Source: Guillardia theta CCMP2712 (taxonomy: Eukaryota > Protista > Cryptophyta). From it: a stretch of DNA of 64,000 nucleotides. A model generated the notes under the pieces. The model saw only the letters and a list, made by a program, of their open reading frames with translations. It searched no databases and was not told where the DNA came from. The stretch lies in NCBI RefSeq assembly GCF_000315625.1, contig NW_005434636.1, positions 331,298-395,297 of the forward strand, written 5' to 3'. The position numbers and the translations under genes were made by a program. Shown piece by piece: positions 59,385 through 64,000 of the stretch (the stretch's first letter is position 1; the number at the start of each line of letters is the position of its first letter).

Positions 59385-62290
59385 ATGGCGCGAGCGATAG
59401 CCTTTCTCCTCCTTCCATGCAGCATCTGCCTGCCTCCTTCCGTCCCTCAGCTTTCACCTGCATTCCTGCCATGCTTGTTCCCCCGTCCATCCCCTCACAG
59501 ACAGACGTCAAGGCCGGTCGGCAGGGTCCCGAAGCTCTCATGCCATGTGCAGGAGTACCAGGTGAAGCCTAGCTCCATAGCTGTCTCTATGCTCTTCTTC
59601 TTTGACTTGATCGCAGCAACTAGATGTCTCTTCCCAGCAGAAGTTTGAAGCCAGGAATGTATCAACTTATACCTGGTCAGACCTCCTGCAGCTGGACTCA
59701 GCGAGACAGGTGAGGGTGATTTCCTATCTTGTTTCCCCTTGAGCGATCCGTTTTCTAGATTTCAATGCAGTCTGATGTTGACCGGAAATTGATGAGTTGG
59801 AGGGCTAGTGCGAGATCGAAGCCAGACCTGGAGGAATTCAACATCTTGAGTGACATGCAGTGGGAAAGAGTTCTTGAGGCCAGCATCCCTGTGGACTTCA
59901 AGCTCAAGTTATGGAAAAGCAAGAGTATCATGAAAGACAGAAGGTTTGATACTCTTTCTTGCCACCGTTGGGACCTCACTGTTGTCTTAGATGGTCATTG
60001 GATGATGCCCTGCTGTCGCTTGACTTCGAACACAACAAGCAGAAATGTCAAGTTGACAGCATGATTACAAGAAAAAAGGCTTCAGAATCTTCATATATCA
60101 ATCCCCCAATCCATACTCTGAAGTCGAAGAACGATTTCGTGCAGCAGATTATCAGCACCCCTGAAGATCAAGCCTTGAAGCGAGGTTCTGCCTTGCTTGT
60201 TGAAATGAAATCCTATCGCATGGCACCTGATGTCAAGTTTTTCAACACTCTCATCGCAACGTGTGTGGGAAAGAATGCAAAACGAGGCATCCAGACGTCA
60301 CCAAGTGACCCCTTCCAAGTCAGCAACCCTAGCAGCACCCAAGCAGTCCGCCGCGCAGTTGCAAGATCGGCTTCGCAGAGATGGTCGGACTGTACCGAAG
60401 TTTTACGGACGATGAGGGATCACGGTGTATCACCGGATGTTGTGACGTTGAACATTTTGGTGGAATCTTGTGTGAAATGCTCTGACAAGGGCCTTTCAAG
60501 ATTGCAAAATGTCCAGAAGGCCTGCAGGTTGCTACACACTTTCGAAGCGGATCTCAACATAAAAGGAGACGTCGTGAGCCTTTCAACGATCCTGAATGGC
60601 TGCGCAACGGTCTTGAAAGATGTATCAGACAAATGCTGGAGGGATGTAAACTATACTGAGCTTGTATGCGCGAATCTCAGGATAGTAGAGTGGACTTTGC
60701 AGAAGATGGCAAAGGAGGGGATCGTTCCAAACATAGTGACATTTGTTTCGCTGCATGAAATTGTTCTTTACGCGCTTATTTTGGGACCAACAGACAAAAC
60801 TTTCAAGGATCAAACAATCAAATTTTGTTCAAGTTTATCAGTGAGGATGAGAAGCTTTCAGGTAGTTCCAAACGGGTTTCTTCTGAATTCCATACTCAAA
60901 GCAATGGTCCTTGCATCCAAATCACAGTTGGGGACTGAGTATGCACAGCTGGCAGAAAATATGATCTCCTCTGCACTTTCCCAGGGAGCACAACCTGATA
61001 TAGTGAGCTACAACATCCTGCTGCAAAGTTTGTTGAATATGCGAAATTTGCGAAGAAATTCCAGGACTGCCTATTTGGAGCGGGTGCAAAAATCAGCCAT
61101 CAAAATATACAATCACGTTGCGTCGCAGAAAGGCGTGTCCCCTGACATTGTTACGTTTTCTATTTTCTTGAACATCTGCTCGTCAACATCACTGAATGAT
61201 ATCGACTTCCTCACAAATAGTGTGAAGATTCTTGATATCATGAGAGTTCTTGGAGTGAAGCCGAATTGTGCTACAACTTCCGCCTACATATCAGGGTATT
61301 GCCTAGCCCGTGGAAAGTGTCGTCAATCAAACTCGTTGCTATTTTCTCCGTCTATTCCAAGCCTTGTATTCAAAGATTCTAACAATGAGGAAGAATACCC
61401 CTCCCGGATCCTGAAATGCATGATGTCTTTGAATATGAAGCCATCAGTAGCGACGTTGTCAAGTCTTATTCTAGCCTGCAGTCATTCCAGTGATTCGCCA
61501 AGGACAAGTATTGCTCGTGGTTTACAGGCTATTGCATTTCTTGTTGGGAAGGGCGCAAAGCCTTCTCGGTCCTGGTACTTGGACCTTGTCAGGCTTGCAG
61601 TCAACCTTAATCAAGTCCTCTACATTGCTGCGCAGCTGCGGTGATACTTGACGGCTCTATCAACTTCAATTTCTGATGATCCCTCGTTGCAGGAAGTATG
61701 GGTTTGCACCAGACCTCGCATTTTACACCATCCCCTTCCATAACTTCTGCGCTCGTGGGGACGTGATCAATCTTGCCTCCGCATGGGCACTCTTGCTACA
61801 GATGCAGCTCGATGGAGTTCCTTTCGATTCCGGATTTTACAGAACGATTTTCAAAGCAGGTGCATGAATCTATATCGTGCACAGATTCCTACTCACATTG
61901 CCTCTCAGTTTCTAAACACAATAGCATCCAAACTGCAAAAGTGTCCTACGGTTTCTTCAAAAGATTGAAATTGTCGAGTTTACCTGAAGAGGTGCGACTT
62001 TGTTTGCAAGACGATTGCTCAACATTGACATGTCGCTTTGGAAGGTTTTTCTAAATATGATTTATTCCCTGGTAGAAGTTGGATTAGTCGATGATGCAGG
62101 TTGAAAATTCTTGAAATACTGAAATTTGAGCTCTGTCCATTAATGACAAATGACTTGGCATTTCAGTGCGAGTATGGCAACAAGCAGAATTTTTTCGCAT
62201 GAAACTGCAGATCTCTAGGTAAATTTGAATATCTGCATCGATTCACAACTGAATTTGGATTGGTTAACAAGGTCCACAGCAAATATTGAC
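59385..62290 (+). CDS. Pentatricopeptide-repeat (PPR) protein, probably organelle (plastid)-targeted, multi-exon; 3' end approximate
   Basis: PPR starts PDVKFFNTLI, GVSPDVVTLNILV, GIVPNIVTF, GAQPDIVSYNILL, GVSPDIVTFSIFL, GVKPN and MKPSVATLSSLI. Leader MARAIAFLLLPCSIC...SPAF. Confidence 0.85.
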
Positions 62291-62443
62291 AGAATTTGCT
62301 TGAATGAATTTTTCAGCAAGATCGAAGGGGTTAAAGACTAGCTTTCACATTTCTCATGTTTATTATCCCGCCTATAACTTGTAAATACGCTCATGTCTCA
62401 AGTAAAAAATGTTCAAGTCATCCAGTCCGCCTTGAAAGTCGCA

Positions 62444-63764
62444 TCACCACAGGTATACTGCAAAGTTGAAAGTCTTCCCGAAATACTTATCCTGTCAGCA
62501 CAAGTCCCCAGATGTCACACAACGCAATCAAACGGAGGACGTTCACCCGAAGGTCTCCCGGGGTAAGGGGCTCCAAAGGATTGCCGTCGGATCCGAGAGG
62601 GCGGACGTGAAGATTCCCTTCCATCTGCCATCAGGTCATCAGCGAGGGTCGCGCTGCCGTTGGAGGCTCCTCACGAGCTCGGAGAGAATAACGGAATGGA
62701 TCGCCGGCAGCTGGCTCCATCGGCTACCTATGGGCAAAAACTTCTTCTCCTCCATCCTCATTGACCCGATTGTCGTGCGCGTGCTCACATCGATGGTCCA
62801 GTTGCCCGGGACCTTGAGGCCCCAGGTTAAACAGGAAGGCGCGGGAACAGGATGGCAACCTGAGGCAGAAGATTTTCTGACTGCTGGTCGGATAGCTCCA
62901 CGCACTCGACCTGTTGGAGGGTCTTACAAGAGCGACCCTTGTCTTCATCCCCCTTGTTTCACCTCCCCTTCTCGAACGGCTTTCACAGTTGTCTGCAGTC
63001 TCTGATAGAAGCAATCCTCACAGACCTGCCCAGAGGTCACAAGAAGAGAACATCACAGGGCACAACCTTTCGCCAGTCAACGCTGATGTCAGGCAGATTC
63101 AAGGTTTCCATCCCGTCACCTTCAGGCAGCAGCATAGACACTGTCTGCCATCGATGACAATTCTCCTGTCGCTCGAGATCATCAACAGTTTCAACTCAAA
63201 GTTGCGACCAACCACAGAGATCCAGCTTCCAAGCCGAGAAGCCCTAGAGATTTTCTCAATGCAGAATCTAGAGGGACTCAAAGATTCAGCCGCAGAATCA
63301 CCAGAAGCCCCAGGTTTGTACCTCTCGCGCATAGGAATGCAGGCGAACATGGGGTTCACGATGGCTTCTTCTCGCCCACTCTCATCCTTGAGATTCATCT
63401 TGCCTTTGAGCATGAAATCCAGAACCTCGTTATAGGGCCCCATCCCTCCATCCTGATTGAATATTCTATCTGGGTTGATCACCTCGAACTTGAGGATTCT
63501 TGTGCCCTTCTCTGCCTCCCTCATGATGGTTTTCACTATCTCTTTCGAAGTTCTTTCATACTCGTTCCAGTATCGCAGCTTCGTCGCAACTCTGCTCACA
63601 TTTGCTATCTCAAATCCAAACGATGCAGGGACTGCAGCTCGAGCGAGCGCATCGGCATCAGGAAGCGATCCTCCGTCACCATCCTTCCTCCTCTTCTTCG
63701 CCGTCCCTGGCACCAGCACCAGCACCAGCACCAGCGCCATCACAGCGTGCCGAGCAGTATGCAT
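62444..63764 (-). CDS. Secreted/membrane hypothetical protein, multi-exon
   Basis: Signal-like VMALVLVLVLVPGTA. Spliced exons ...VCEDCFYQRLQTT|VECVELSD|VPGNWTIDVSTRTT|MEGNLHVRP|DKYFGKTFNFAVYLW*. Confidence 0.6.
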
Positions 63765-63891
63765 GGGGCCGCTCCCTTCCACCTCACCCCTACCCCGTGG
63801 ACCCCAGAAAAAGGCTATATGGGGTGGGTGGTGGTGTCCTCTGCAAGTGTCGGGGAGCAGCCCATTGACGAGTCGCAATGTCTCGCTGAAC

Positions 63892-63997
63892 CTCCTCCTC
63901 CTCCTCCTCCTCGTCCCCCTCCGCCTCCCCCTCCTCCTCCTCCTCCTCCTCCTCCTCCACCACCACCACCACCACCACCACCACCACCACCACCACC
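63892..63997 (+). repeat. Compound (CTC)n/(CAC)n microsatellite
   Basis: Read directly at the window end. Confidence 0.9.
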
Positions 63998-64000
63998 AAC

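Overview
Gene-dense eukaryotic nuclear DNA with many short introns (about 40-60 nt, some longer and filled with microsatellites). Intron size, GGA/GAG tracts and signal-peptide-plus-'AF' N-termini suggest a cryptophyte-like alga (inference, not proven). About 19 protein genes can be supported: SCYL1-like 3' part, IFT27, an F-box/CxxC protein, a four-domain voltage-gated cation channel, PH-UBA, a small spliced ORF, ASPM, a coiled-coil protein, an alpha/beta hydrolase, LOV-like PAS-ankyrin, PDZ-coiled coil-PDZ, a HAD-type protein, two type-II membrane proteins, an ~11-kb Kelch/Cys-rich/multi-pass membrane receptor-like gene, a putative plastid-targeted EAEARRAA-repeat protein, a TPR protein, a PPR protein and a secreted unknown. 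The most notable observations are: (1) the channel's pore-loop ring reads D/D/K/D, with Lys in domain III and no IFM latch; (2) a 38-nt non-coding motif recurs in four intergenic regions beside GC-rich palindromic patches; (3) a Cys-less LOV-like domain is fused to ankyrin repeats; (4) ASPM carries a homogenised 5x207-bp triple-IQ expansion; (5) the giant 12-Kelch receptor-like gene. I saw no rRNA, tRNA, CRISPR array or transposase. Exon boundaries were read by eye, so gene ends are approximate.
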